A stretch of DNA of 64,000 bases, from assembly GCA_038893355.1 (NCBI GenBank), contig JAWARQ010000002.1, positions 168,591 to 232,590 on the forward strand, in the 5' to 3' direction. Below are positions 31,804-42,173 of this stretch, piece by piece; within the stretch, counting starts at the first letter, position 1, and each line of letters starts with the position of its first letter. The notes below the pieces were generated by a model that saw only the letters and a list, made by a program, of their open reading frames with translations, made no database searches and had not been told where the DNA came from. Position numbers and translations under genes: made by a program. Source of the DNA: Sulfolobaceae archaeon (GTDB lineage Archaea > Thermoproteota > Thermoprotei_A > Sulfolobales > Sulfolobaceae).

Positions 31804-33015
31804 TTATTCTTTATATTTGATTTTCTTAGATAAAATAATAGGTATTACTGCTGTTAAACTAATGCAGCCTAATGTAATGTAAGCGGTAATAAGGTTACTA
31901 TATGAGGAGATTATCCCTACTAATGCGGGCCCTAAAGCACCCCCTGCTGATATTCCTATTCCCCATACAATGCTATTAGCTGTTGATAGAAACCTTTCTG
32001 GTATCATTTCTGCTACATATGTTAAAAGTAAAGTGAAGGCCTCAAAACTAAATAATCCAAATAATAATAAAATCAAATACGAAATTATAGGGATAGTATA
32101 TAAAATAGTATAAATTATTACTGCTAATGAACCAATTACCGTAGTAATTATCATAGTATTAGCCCTCCCCCACTTATCTGATAGAATACCTAGCAATGGT
32201 TGAGAAATTACAGAGCCGATTAATGCTATACTTGTTAGAATTCCCACATCAATTCCATACGTATAGCCTGCTACAGTAGATAAAAAGGTTGGCAAGAAGG
32301 TAATAAAACCTTGAGGTAACATACCCTTCATTAATGCTATAAAAGTTAATGCTACTATTGGTATAATAATCCTTTTCTCTAATCTTCTATCAGCAGTAGG
32401 AACACTTTTACTAGTCTTAGGTATTCTATTAGCAGGAATAGAATCCTTTAACATTAGCAAGATAAGAATACTTACTATTAATGCAAACGTGGGTAAGATG
32501 AAGAAGTTATTCGAATATATAACTGTCCCGCTAACTATAACAAGTGAAGTGATTACGGTAGGATAAACACTCCTTCCAATAGCGCCTAGTGCACCATTTA
32601 TTCCGAAAGCAAATCCTCTATTAGACTGAAAATATTTGGACATTAATGAGGCGCCCAGTGGATGATAAAAAGATGCTGCAAATCCGCCAATTGCTGCAGA
32701 TAATAATAGTATTTGATAATAAATTGTATTAGGTGATAGTAGTGATAGTCCTAATAAAAATAAGGCTATTGACCATAGTAGTATTCCTATGCCCATAAGC
32801 TGAGCTGTTCTTCCAGTAATATCAGCAATTCTACCTATTATTATGCTAGAAATTGCAGAGGTTACTAAGAAAATTACTGATGCAGAAGTTATTTGAATAT
32901 AGCTCATATTTCTAGTTAATACAAATATAGGGTAAACTGTTGAATAGGCAATTCCACTTCCATCATTTATGAAATGTGCAATGGAGCTTAATGTGAGTAC
33001 TCGTGTCTTCGACAT
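31804..33015 (-). CDS. MFS transporter (Fsr-like)
   Basis: AHFIND, GRIADITGR, FYHPLG, LSDKWGR, about 12 TM helices. Confidence 0.9.
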   Translation of the reverse strand: MSKTRVLTLSSIAHFINDGSGIAYSTVYPIFVLTRNMSYIQITSASVIFLVTSAISSIIIGRIADITGRTAQLMGIGILLWSIALFLLGLSLLSPNTIYYQILLLSAAIGGFAASFYHPLGASLMSKYFQSNRGFAFGINGALGAIGRSVYPTVITSLVIVSGTVIYSNNFFILPTFALIVSILILLMLKDSIPANRIPKTSKSVPTADRRLEKRIIIPIVALTFIALMKGMLPQGFITFLPTFLSTVAGYTYGIDVGILTSIALIGSVISQPLLGILSDKWGRANTMIITTVIGSLAVIIYTILYTIPIISYLILLLFGLFSFEAFTLLLTYVAEMIPERFLSTANSIVWGIGISAGGALGPALVGIISSYSNLITAYITLGCISLTAVIPIILSKKIKYKE

Positions 33016-33074
33016 AATAAGAGAATCGAGTGACTACAATAAAAATTTGTTTAATGTATTTTTTAAGACAATAT

Positions 33075-34022
33075 TTATTTAAACCGTTTCCTATACTCCA
33101 TCATAGCTGCTATTATTTGAGTAATGTTTTCTATCGGAGAAGCAGGTGGATTTCCTAGTAACTCTGAATAAGCTCGTGCAATATTTCCAATTATTCTCTC
33201 ACTGCTAATCCAATTTTTATATTCCCCAAGATCTATTTCGAAGGAGGCCTTTATTGGGTCTTTAATACCTTCCTTAAGCTTCTCCCTAGCCTTCTCTCTC
33301 ACAAAAATTAGATATTTTAATTCTTCATAAAGTCCCTTATTCCCAAAACCTACTTCACCATGTCCAGGGACATATACTTCTGCATTTAAACTAATCAAGT
33401 ATTCTATTGCCCTTATATAACCACTAATATATCCCATTAGTGCAAATGGTGTACAAGGTGGAGAAAAGAATAAATCACCACAAAATACTACTTTCTCATC
33501 AGGGAGATATACTATTACATCACTAGTTGTGTGTGCAGGTCCAAGGTACTTTATCTCTATCGTAATGTTATCAAGATATATATACAAGGTATTTTCTATT
33601 ACAATATCTTGTGGGGTATACTTTGAACCTTCGAAGCTTATATCTTTAAAGACCTCTTCATATATTACCCTGCCATATTTACTTTTTTCTATGGTCTTCT
33701 CTCTCGCTATTTTATGAGATATTACAATTGAATTAAATAATTCTTTAAACATATAATTTGTAAGAATGTGATCCTCATGTTCATGTGTATTAATCAAAAA
33801 TAGCACAGGCTTATCAGTGACTCTTTTAATCTCTTTAATAAATTCTTTAGTCATCCTACTATTTGTCAGAGAATCTATAACGACTGAATAATTTCTACCT
33901 ACTATTAATCCTGCGTTACTTATAAACCAATCTCCATTTTGCTGGATGTAAGCATAAACATTATCTGATATCTGTTTGAGTTCACCTATTATATTCTGCA
34001 TAAAGTAAAAAATGATTATCAC
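33075..34022 (-). CDS. metallo-beta-lactamase-fold hydrolase (cyclase-like)
   Basis: THEHEDH, AHT..D, GD, PGHG. Confidence 0.9.
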   Translation of the reverse strand: MIIIFYFMQNIIGELKQISDNVYAYIQQNGDWFISNAGLIVGRNYSVVIDSLTNSRMTKEFIKEIKRVTDKPVLFLINTHEHEDHILTNYMFKELFNSIVISHKIAREKTIEKSKYGRVIYEEVFKDISFEGSKYTPQDIVIENTLYIYLDNITIEIKYLGPAHTTSDVIVYLPDEKVVFCGDLFFSPPCTPFALMGYISGYIRAIEYLISLNAEVYVPGHGEVGFGNKGLYEELKYLIFVREKAREKLKEGIKDPIKASFEIDLGEYKNWISSERIIGNIARAYSELLGNPPASPIENITQIIAAMMEYRKRFK

Positions 34023-34036
34023 TTAAAAAATATATC

Positions 34037-34369
34037 TTAAAAAGTAAGAATTTGATATCCTTGTTTTATATATAATGAAACTCTTTCTCCTGCTGGAAAT
34101 AGATTTATCCCTATTCTTTCTAAATTTGGTTTTATTTTCATAGCTTCAGCAACTCCTATACATGCTGAGTCAACTATTTTCTCTTTTATTAATTCTTCTA
34201 ACATGCTTTTTTGGTCTCCAGTAAGTTCTATTAACTTTTTCTGACTAGGTCCAAAGAAAATTATCTTAATGTCATCAAACCTTTTATTTTTATAAGAATT
34301 ATAAGCCATTCTTAACGCTAGGTCGAATTTCTCATCAGATGACATTATTAGAAATACTACCTTACTCAT
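34037..34369 (-). CDS. DsrE family protein
   Basis: IIFFGP, ACIGVA, GYQILTF C-terminus. Confidence 0.8.
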   Translation of the reverse strand: MSKVVFLIMSSDEKFDLALRMAYNSYKNKRFDDIKIIFFGPSQKKLIELTGDQKSMLEELIKEKIVDSACIGVAEAMKIKPNLERIGINLFPAGERVSLYIKQGYQILTF

Positions 34370-34526
34370 AGGCTATTATATAAATTAATATTATTATATG
34401 TTTTTCTTAAAATCTGATAACTACCGTAGTCTCTTATACATTATATAATCTAATTTATGATAAATCTAAAACTGAGTTTTTTATAGACAATCTTTTATTT
34501 TACAATCGGTTAACGATATCGGGAAT

Positions 34527-34988
34527 ATGAAAGTATTTCGTAAGTTTTTATTATTAAATTATGCATTTATATGGGGTAAACCAAGAGGTTTAAGAAGAAT
34601 AATATTAACTTTACTTTCTAGAAAGGAAATGAGTGGTGCAGAAATAATTGAATCCATCGAGAATATGACATGGGGTTATTGGAGACCTTCACCCGGTAGC
34701 GTCTATCCCCTATTAAAAGAATTGGAAGCTGAAGGGTTAATCGAACATAGAGAAGTAGGTAATGTAAAAGTATATAGACTTACAGAGAAAGGTAAGAAAG
34801 AACTAACTCTTTTTTACCATCCAATTTGGTTTGGAGAAATGCCTAGAGGAATTCCAGAAATTATTGAAGTCTTAGAAGGTTACGCAGAATATCTAGTTGA
34901 GAAAAGAGATGAAGTGTTAAGAGATGAAAAGTTAAGGGAAAGGATTAAAAAAATAGTTGAAATATTAAAGAAAAATTTTGGTGATTAA
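34527..34988 (+). CDS. PadR family transcriptional regulator
   Basis: SPGSVYPLLKELE..GLI, YRLTEKG. Confidence 0.92.
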   Translation: MKVFRKFLLLNYAFIWGKPRGLRRIILTLLSRKEMSGAEIIESIENMTWGYWRPSPGSVYPLLKELEAEGLIEHREVGNVKVYRLTEKGKKELTLFYHPIWFGEMPRGIPEIIEVLEGYAEYLVEKRDEVLRDEKLRERIKKIVEILKKNFGD

Positions 34989-35961
34989 AATGAAAGAAAT
35001 AGAAGTAATTAATTTAGTAAAAAAATATAATGATGTAATAGCATTAAATGGTATTTCCTTCTCAGTTGAAAAGAAGGAAATATTTGGATTATTGGGACCT
35101 AATGGAGCAGGTAAGACTACGACTATTAAAATTCTAACGGGTTTAACTAAGCCTACAGCAGGAGAGGCATACGTGGCTGGATTTAATGTTGTTAAAAATC
35201 CTAAGGAAGTTAAAAAGAGAATAGGTTGGGTGGCTTCGGAAGTAATACTTGATGACGAACTGACAGTATGGGAAAATATAGAATTACAGGCAAGACTTCA
35301 TTCATTAAAGGGTTGGCAAGATAGAGGAAAAGAGTTACTAAGAGTCTTCGATCTTCAAAACTACTCTAATAAGCCTGTCGGTAAACTTTCTACGGGGATG
35401 AGAAAGAAGCTAGAGATAATTACTGCTATTTTACATTCACCAGAGGTAATATTTATGGATGAACCGACGATAGGCTTAGATGTTAATACAAGAATGTTAA
35501 TATGGTCGATGATAAGACAAATAAACAAGGAATTTGATGTGACGATACTACTTACTACTCATTATATGGAAGAAGCAGATCAATTATGTAACAGAGTTGC
35601 TATAATAAATCAAGGGAAGATAGTTGATATAGGTTCTCCATTAGAATTAAAGTCAAAAATTAGTGGTGATGTTATCGAAATTGAAGTAAATGAGCTAGGT
35701 AATGATGTTCAAAAATTAAAGCAAATTGAAGGTATTGAGGAACTTATTATAGCAGATGGTAAAATAAGAATTAAGGCTAAGAATGCTGAAAAGATAATTC
35801 CAGACCTTGTTAAGTCTATAGACTTTTCTAAGGTAAAGTCAATGAAGATCGAAAGACCTACATTAGATACAGTATTTATGATTCTTACAGGTAAAAGAAT
35901 TGAAGAATCTAATGTAGATTTCAGAAAGCTATATATGAACATAAGGAGGGTTAGAATGTAA
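34978..35961 (+). CDS. ABC exporter ATP-binding subunit (DrrA-like)
   Basis: GPNGAGKTT, LSTGM, DEPTIGLD, TTHYMEEA. Confidence 0.93.
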   Translation: MVIKMKEIEVINLVKKYNDVIALNGISFSVEKKEIFGLLGPNGAGKTTTIKILTGLTKPTAGEAYVAGFNVVKNPKEVKKRIGWVASEVILDDELTVWENIELQARLHSLKGWQDRGKELLRVFDLQNYSNKPVGKLSTGMRKKLEIITAILHSPEVIFMDEPTIGLDVNTRMLIWSMIRQINKEFDVTILLTTHYMEEADQLCNRVAIINQGKIVDIGSPLELKSKISGDVIEIEVNELGNDVQKLKQIEGIEELIIADGKIRIKAKNAEKIIPDLVKSIDFSKVKSMKIERPTLDTVFMILTGKRIEESNVDFRKLYMNIRRVRM

Positions 35962-36734
35962 TGCTAAGTGAGTTTATTGGTTTGTTAAAGCGAGAGGTAA
36001 TGAGATCCTTTAGGAGTTTCGTAATAGTACTTATAATGATTCTTCAGCCTATTATGTGGCTAATATTCTTTGGAAGTAGTCTTTCTGGTCTTCCTAATCA
36101 ATTTTTAAGGAACTTCTTTGGAGTCGATAACTACATTGCATACCTATTACCTGGACAACTCTCGGTTTCTATGCTCTTTATAGGCTTTTTTAGTTCAATG
36201 AGCTTAATTTGGGACAAGAGATTTGGTTTCCTTAAGAAGATATTAATTACTCCAGCACCGAAAGAGGTTGTGTCTATATCTAAGATATTAGGTGCAACAA
36301 TTAGAGGTCTATTTCAAGTTCCTATAATGATATTAGTTTCAATTCCATTAGGTGTTAAAATTCCACTCGATCCTATAGGAATATTATGCTGGATACTTGG
36401 CCTCTTTATGCTGGGAGTAGGATTTTCGAGCCTCTTTATGATAATTTCGATATCGTCATCAGATTGGCAAGTTCCACAAATTGTTTCAAATGCAATAAAT
36501 CTACCATTAATGTTTACAAGTACTACACTATTTCCAAGAACGTTCTTTCCAGAGTGGATGAGAGTAATTAGCGAATATAACCCAATATCCTATGCGGCAG
36601 ATTTAGGAAGGTCTGTGATAAATGGAGAACCAATTTCGAGTTATATTAATGATCTTATTTTCCTTATTATATTCGCATTAATATTCTTAATATTAAATAT
36701 CGTAATCACGAAGAGATATCTTCAAGCAGAATAG
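35961..36734 (+). CDS. ABC-2 type permease
   Basis: LQPIMWL, DKRFGFLK, PEWM...NPISY. Confidence 0.92.
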   Translation: MLSEFIGLLKREVMRSFRSFVIVLIMILQPIMWLIFFGSSLSGLPNQFLRNFFGVDNYIAYLLPGQLSVSMLFIGFFSSMSLIWDKRFGFLKKILITPAPKEVVSISKILGATIRGLFQVPIMILVSIPLGVKIPLDPIGILCWILGLFMLGVGFSSLFMIISISSSDWQVPQIVSNAINLPLMFTSTTLFPRTFFPEWMRVISEYNPISYAADLGRSVINGEPISSYINDLIFLIIFALIFLILNIVITKRYLQAE

Positions 36735-36807
36735 TTTCTTTAATAATTTTATTTTTAGTTGATTTTGGATTCAAGCTTTTAAACTACAAGAAATTGGGTT
36801 AATAGTC

Positions 36808-37917
36808 ATGGATAAAAATAGATTTATAGTTATAGGCATTTCAGTTATGCTATTTAATTCTCTTTATCAATATTCATGGAATGCATTTTTACCGCTTTTA
36901 GAGAATGGTCTTGATGTAGATTTTGTTAAAATTCAAGTAGGTTATACTTTGTTTAACATTTTTTCAACAATTTCTCAAATGATAGGAGGTAGTATAGCTG
37001 ATAAATACGGTCCCAGATTAATAGGAATAATAGCATCTATACTTTCTGCTATAGGATTCTTAGGTACTAGTCTAATTCCAAATTTATTCTCTTTCTATAT
37101 TTTTTGGTCATTAGGAAGTATAGGTGAAGGCATATTGTATGGAATAGCTACAAATTTAGCAATAAAATGGTTCATTGATAAGAGAGGATTTGTAGTAGGT
37201 ATCGTCTCTTTAGGATTCGGTTTAGGTGCAACTATTGCAAATCCGATTCTATCTCTATTTGTGGATCATAAACTTCCCTTTCTAGTAATAGGCTTAATTG
37301 AAATATTTATATTACCAGTTTTAATGTATTTTTCTGAATACCCTGCAGCAAATACTAAGGGAAGTTCGCCAAAGCAATTAGTTTCAGATAAGTTTTGGTG
37401 GTTAGTATACTTTTCATTTACGTTTAGCTTAGTACCACTTATGATAATGTCCTCTTCTCTAACAAAAATAGCATCATACTTACCTAAAGAAATAGTAGTG
37501 TGGCTTATTAGTTTATTTCCCCTACTCAGTGGAATAGGCAGACCGGCACTAGGTAGGATTTCTGATATTTTAGGAGAGACAAAAATGATATTAACTACAA
37601 ATCTACTGCTAGTTATAGCTAATGTACTTCTTATATTTAAATTGTATATATTTTCTGTACTAATGATAGGATTATTTGGTGGATCATTAATAACACTTTA
37701 TTTTTCCTTCTTAGGAGAGATTTATGGAATAAAATACTCTACTACAAATACTGGAATATTATACACGGGAAAGGCGATATCGGGATTTCTAGGTAGTGTT
37801 ATATTCAGCTATCTTTATTTATATAATCAAATGCTAGGTATCAGTTTTTCTCTAATTTGTTCAGTTATAGGGTTAATATTAATCTTAATATTTTCTAAGA
37901 AGAAACTTAGAATCTAG
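36808..37917 (+). CDS. MFS transporter, oxalate/formate antiporter family
   Basis: YQYSW, ADKYGPR, KWFIDKRG, GRISD, YTGKA. Confidence 0.88.
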   Translation: MDKNRFIVIGISVMLFNSLYQYSWNAFLPLLENGLDVDFVKIQVGYTLFNIFSTISQMIGGSIADKYGPRLIGIIASILSAIGFLGTSLIPNLFSFYIFWSLGSIGEGILYGIATNLAIKWFIDKRGFVVGIVSLGFGLGATIANPILSLFVDHKLPFLVIGLIEIFILPVLMYFSEYPAANTKGSSPKQLVSDKFWWLVYFSFTFSLVPLMIMSSSLTKIASYLPKEIVVWLISLFPLLSGIGRPALGRISDILGETKMILTTNLLLVIANVLLIFKLYIFSVLMIGLFGGSLITLYFSFLGEIYGIKYSTTNTGILYTGKAISGFLGSVIFSYLYLYNQMLGISFSLICSVIGLILILIFSKKKLRI

Positions 37918-38042
37918 TTGCTCTGCTTATATTATTATTACCATTTAAAATTTTAAATTTAGATACAACAGAATTAAAAATCTTTTAATTATATCGAGTT
38001 TAACATTAAAAATATTTAATAGCACCAATACTTAGTATTAAA

Positions 38043-39185
38043 ATGTCCGCTATAGTAGATGCGTCAATAATTAAGTTTGGAAAGAGGAAGGAAAGCATAT
38101 TTGAGATTTCAATTAATGTGTGTAAAGATCTTATAAGTAAATACGAAAATGATATAGATTTTGTAATAGTTTCAAATACATATTCTGGTGAATTTAATAA
38201 TATTTCTGGATTAAATAATCTCATAACAAGTTATTTAGGACTAGATAAAGTTCCCAGTATGAGGATAGACAACACAAGCGGAAGTGGTGGTACTGCAATA
38301 ATTACTGCTGATCTTATGATCAGAAGCGGCTTAGCTAAAACTATATTGGTTTTAGGAATAGAAAAAATGTCAGAGAAGCAGACTAGGGAAGTTACAGAAA
38401 TAATATCATCGTTATTACCGAAATCAGAACGTCTCGCAGGACTTTCATTACCTTCACTCGCTGCATTTATGGCTAAAGAATACATGAGAAGGTATAATGT
38501 ACCAAGGGAAGCTATAGCATTAGTTGCAGTAAAGAATCATGAACATGGCTATTACAATCCTTACGCACATATTAACAAAAAAGTAACATTAGAAGAAGTT
38601 TTATCTTCACCTATTATAGCTGATCCTTTAAGATTATATGAGTATACACCAATAAGTGATGGGGCAGCTGCAGTGATAATGACGTCTAAGGAAACTGCTG
38701 AAAGTTTTACAAAAAAACCGGTTTACATTAAAGGATTTGGAATTTCTTCAGATACCTCTTTTATAACTAGTAGAAGTAATTTTATAGAAATTAATTCCAC
38801 TAGGGAAGCTGCAATTAAGGCATATAGGATGGCTAAAATTACACCTGCTGAGGTTAATTTTGCTGAGGTTCATGATATGGCTACTATTTTAGAAATAGTG
38901 ATTACAGAAGAACTAGGATTTTTTGAAAGAGGGAAGGGTTGGATGGCTGTAAGGGATGGCAAAACTTGGCTTAATGGAGAGAAAGTAATTAATCCTAGTG
39001 GAGGATTAAATTCTAAGGGACATCCTATTGGTGCTACTGGTGTAGCTCAAGCTTATGAAGCTTTCGTACAATTAAGAGGAGAGGCTGGAAGTAGACAAGT
39101 TAAAAATGCTAGAATAGGACTAACTCATAATATGGCAGGATTTGGTAATTTAAGCAGTGTAATAATATTTGGTGTTGAACCATGA
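38043..39185 (+). CDS. thiolase-family protein (SCP2/acetyl-CoA acetyltransferase-like)
   Basis: EKM, KNH, PISDGAAA, EVHD, NPSGG...GHPIGATG; usual catalytic Cys position reads DNTSGSG. Confidence 0.88.
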   Translation: MSAIVDASIIKFGKRKESIFEISINVCKDLISKYENDIDFVIVSNTYSGEFNNISGLNNLITSYLGLDKVPSMRIDNTSGSGGTAIITADLMIRSGLAKTILVLGIEKMSEKQTREVTEIISSLLPKSERLAGLSLPSLAAFMAKEYMRRYNVPREAIALVAVKNHEHGYYNPYAHINKKVTLEEVLSSPIIADPLRLYEYTPISDGAAAVIMTSKETAESFTKKPVYIKGFGISSDTSFITSRSNFIEINSTREAAIKAYRMAKITPAEVNFAEVHDMATILEIVITEELGFFERGKGWMAVRDGKTWLNGEKVINPSGGLNSKGHPIGATGVAQAYEAFVQLRGEAGSRQVKNARIGLTHNMAGFGNLSSVIIFGVEP

Positions 39186-39481
39186 AATTCTACTTTTGTA
39201 AGAATTGTGGAAGACCTTTCCTAGAGAGGAAATTAAAGTGTAGCTGTGGCTCATTTGAATTTGGGGAAAATGAAGTAAATTCTGGAAGGATAGTGTATTC
39301 TGTTATGCTTAGTGTTCCTCCTAAGGATTATCCAGATAAGATATATCTTAATTTAGTAACTGATGGTAAAATTAAACTATTTTGTTTTTCTTTAGTTGAA
39401 GTTAGTGAGGGTGAGGAGGTTAAAATAATTGAGGAAAACGGTAAGATATTCTGTGAGAAGAAAGATAGGAATATTTTATAG
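39182..39481 (+). CDS. Zn-ribbon/OB-fold (DUF35-like) thiolase partner
   Basis: CKNCG...CSCGS then beta-rich domain; overlaps thiolase stop. Confidence 0.8.
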   Translation: MKFYFCKNCGRPFLERKLKCSCGSFEFGENEVNSGRIVYSVMLSVPPKDYPDKIYLNLVTDGKIKLFCFSLVEVSEGEEVKIIEENGKIFCEKKDRNIL

Positions 39482-39527
39482 AAGAATAAGATATAAACTA
39501 TTTTTCGATATAAGATAATGATGCTAG

Positions 39528-40352
39528 TTGATGGATAAAAGCGAAGTAATAAGCGTATTAAAAAGGTCAATTGAAGTCTTTGATACTAAACCTTTATTGC
39601 TAGACCTAGGTGAGGCTGAAAGAGTAGTATTTGTAGGTGATACACATACTGCAATTGAGGTATCTTCATATGTGGTTAAAGAATATATCGATAAGGTAGA
39701 TAGGATAATATTCTTAGGAGATTATGTTGATAGAGGATATACTGGAGTAGAGAATCTAGTGTATCTGCTAAAGAAGATGTTGGAAAATCAAAATAAAATA
39801 GTACTTTTGAGGGGGAATCATGAAAGTCCTATTACTAATAAGTATTATGGATTTTATGATGAGGTTATTTCTAAATACGATGACGAAATTTATTATCTAT
39901 TTGTCGAGATGTTTGCGAAAATGCCCTATGCAGCAGTAATTAATAAGTACTTATGTGTTCATGGGGGTCTTGCAAAGGGATTAAAAAAGGTTGAAGAGAT
40001 TAATAACTTACCTAAAAATGATTTAGAGCCTATTAATCCAATAGCATTGCAACTATTATGGAATGATCCTAGAGAGGGCTTTGAGGGGTTTTTACCAAGT
40101 CCTAGAGGTGATGGTATATATTTATTTGGTAGAGATGTTACAGAGAAGTTCTTAAATGAAAACAACCTAATTGGAATAATAAGAGGTCATGAAGCAGTAA
40201 ATGGAGTTAGGGAACACTTTAATGGTAAAGTAAAAACTGTATTTTCTAGTATTTATCATGGTTACCCACCAGCTATACTTGTATATAATAGAGGAAATTT
40301 CGTGAAGTATTTAATAGACGTACCTATAAGTGATCAGGATGATTTCTCTTAG
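39528..40352 (+). CDS. Ser/Thr protein phosphatase (PPP family, PP2A-like)
   Basis: GDTH, GDYVDRG, LRGNHE, HGG, LLWNDP, IRGHE. Confidence 0.95.
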   Translation: MMDKSEVISVLKRSIEVFDTKPLLLDLGEAERVVFVGDTHTAIEVSSYVVKEYIDKVDRIIFLGDYVDRGYTGVENLVYLLKKMLENQNKIVLLRGNHESPITNKYYGFYDEVISKYDDEIYYLFVEMFAKMPYAAVINKYLCVHGGLAKGLKKVEEINNLPKNDLEPINPIALQLLWNDPREGFEGFLPSPRGDGIYLFGRDVTEKFLNENNLIGIIRGHEAVNGVREHFNGKVKTVFSSIYHGYPPAILVYNRGNFVKYLIDVPISDQDDFS

Positions 40353-41481
40353 GTTAGATTATAGTCATAGATTTTCAACGGATAACGAGGTGAAAGGTTT
40401 CTTTAGAATTATGATAATTCCAGAAAAATTGTGGACTGCAAAAAATTTACATCATATAATCTTAATAGACACAAGTAGTTCTATGAAAGGAGAAAAAATT
40501 GAAAAGGCTAAAGTTGCTGCAGAAAGGTACCTACAAAAAATTCCAGAAGGTAATATAATTACCTTAATAGCTTTTTCTACTACTGTTGACGTAATAGTAG
40601 AGGGATCTAGGAATAAGGACGTAGTAAGGAGTTATTTAAATAACCTCATAGCATCTGGAGTTACTGCACTATATACAGCAATATCTACAGCAATAAAGAT
40701 TGCAAAGTCTAGTAGTACTACTGGAATAATAGTATTATTAACTGACGGTATGCCAACTGATGTGACGCTAATTGATGCGTATAGGAACCTTCAATTTCCA
40801 CAAGGCTACAAATGGATACTATTAGGATTAGGTCAAGATTATAATGAGGAGCTACTAAAGTTAATTGCTGATCAGTCAGGTGGGGTTCTATTTCATATAG
40901 AAGATCCTGAAGTCCTGCCTAACATATTTGATCAAATAGCAATAGATAGAATTGCAGCAAAAAATCTAAAAATACATATTATTGGAGAAAATTTTAAAAT
41001 ATTAAATTACAAATCTAATCCAATATTTTTAGGTGCAGTAGAATCTATAATAAAGATTTATGGTGAATATATTATTCCACCAAGATATAGCGGTGATCTT
41101 ATTAAGATTAAGGCGGAGTTTCTATCTGAAGATGATAAAAAAATTTCTTTAGAAGAGAGAATTAATATTTTATATAATTCTAATAAAAACGAATTTTTAT
41201 CAAATATAAATAAGGAAATAATTTATGAGTATAATTATCTTCAATCCATAGTTAAATATTACGAGGATATAAGAAGTGGAGATTTCATAGAAGCTACTAG
41301 AAGAATAAAAGAAGCTCTCGAATTTGCAGAAAGGACTAGAAGAATAGATCTTATAGAAGCTACTAGAAGAATGTTAGAATCCCATGAACAGACTATAAGG
41401 CTCCAAAATCCCGAATCTACAAGAAAGTTTCAGAAAGAAATTACTAGTGAAGTTACAAAGAAATTAAGATCATCTTCCTAA
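40330..41481 (+). CDS. von Willebrand factor A domain protein (ArnB-like)
   Basis: DTSSSM MIDAS, T, LLTDG; C-terminal ExTRR repeats; likely start ATG 40339. Confidence 0.88.
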   Translation: MIRMISLRLDYSHRFSTDNEVKGFFRIMIIPEKLWTAKNLHHIILIDTSSSMKGEKIEKAKVAAERYLQKIPEGNIITLIAFSTTVDVIVEGSRNKDVVRSYLNNLIASGVTALYTAISTAIKIAKSSSTTGIIVLLTDGMPTDVTLIDAYRNLQFPQGYKWILLGLGQDYNEELLKLIADQSGGVLFHIEDPEVLPNIFDQIAIDRIAAKNLKIHIIGENFKILNYKSNPIFLGAVESIIKIYGEYIIPPRYSGDLIKIKAEFLSEDDKKISLEERINILYNSNKNEFLSNINKEIIYEYNYLQSIVKYYEDIRSGDFIEATRRIKEALEFAERTRRIDLIEATRRMLESHEQTIRLQNPESTRKFQKEITSEVTKKLRSSS

Positions 41482-41491
41482 GGTCTAAGGG

Positions 41492-42142
41492 ATGAAAGAA
41501 ATTTCGATCTTAAGTATACGATTAAAAAGATTTTCAATTTTATTTATGATATCACAGATCATTTTTCTTTCTTTATCTTTATTTTTTAGTATTATATTTG
41601 TTAATATATTTAATTATGATTTAACAAATTTAATTAAAGTCAGATCATATTTTTTTCTTTCAGTATTTATATTAGGTGTATTATCATCAATATTTGCTAT
41701 TCTTTCTTTATATGAATTAGAAAAATTATATAAATATTTATATTTTAAAATTTCTAAATCTTTTTATTACCCGCATCTTGGAACACTAATGTTATTATCT
41801 TCATTATATTCAATAATTGGAATTTTTATATTTATAATTCTATTTTCATATCTCACGAATTATATAAATATCTTAGAAGGTTTAACGATTTCATTACCAA
41901 TAATTATAATTATTGGAATTTTAGGAGTTATTGGCCAGATTCTCTCTTTATATCTAGGCTTAAAGAGATTAGCAGAAACTATAAAGTTAAGTAAATTATT
42001 AAAAATTGCAAAACTGTACTTAATATCAGCACTTCTATTACTTTTCCCCTTATCTATAATTTTTCCTATTAATGAAGTTTTATCCATAATAAGCAGTATC
42101 ATGTTATATAAATTATTTAAGAACAAGAAGGACAACAATTAA
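41492..42142 (+). CDS. polytopic membrane protein, unknown function
   Basis: 5-6 hydrophobic segments; directly follows the vWA gene. Confidence 0.7.
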   Translation: MKEISILSIRLKRFSILFMISQIIFLSLSLFFSIIFVNIFNYDLTNLIKVRSYFFLSVFILGVLSSIFAILSLYELEKLYKYLYFKISKSFYYPHLGTLMLLSSLYSIIGIFIFIILFSYLTNYINILEGLTISLPIIIIIGILGVIGQILSLYLGLKRLAETIKLSKLLKIAKLYLISALLLLFPLSIIFPINEVLSIISSIMLYKLFKNKKDNN

Positions 42143-42173
42143 AGCCTAAATGTAAGATATTTCTAATAGAACA

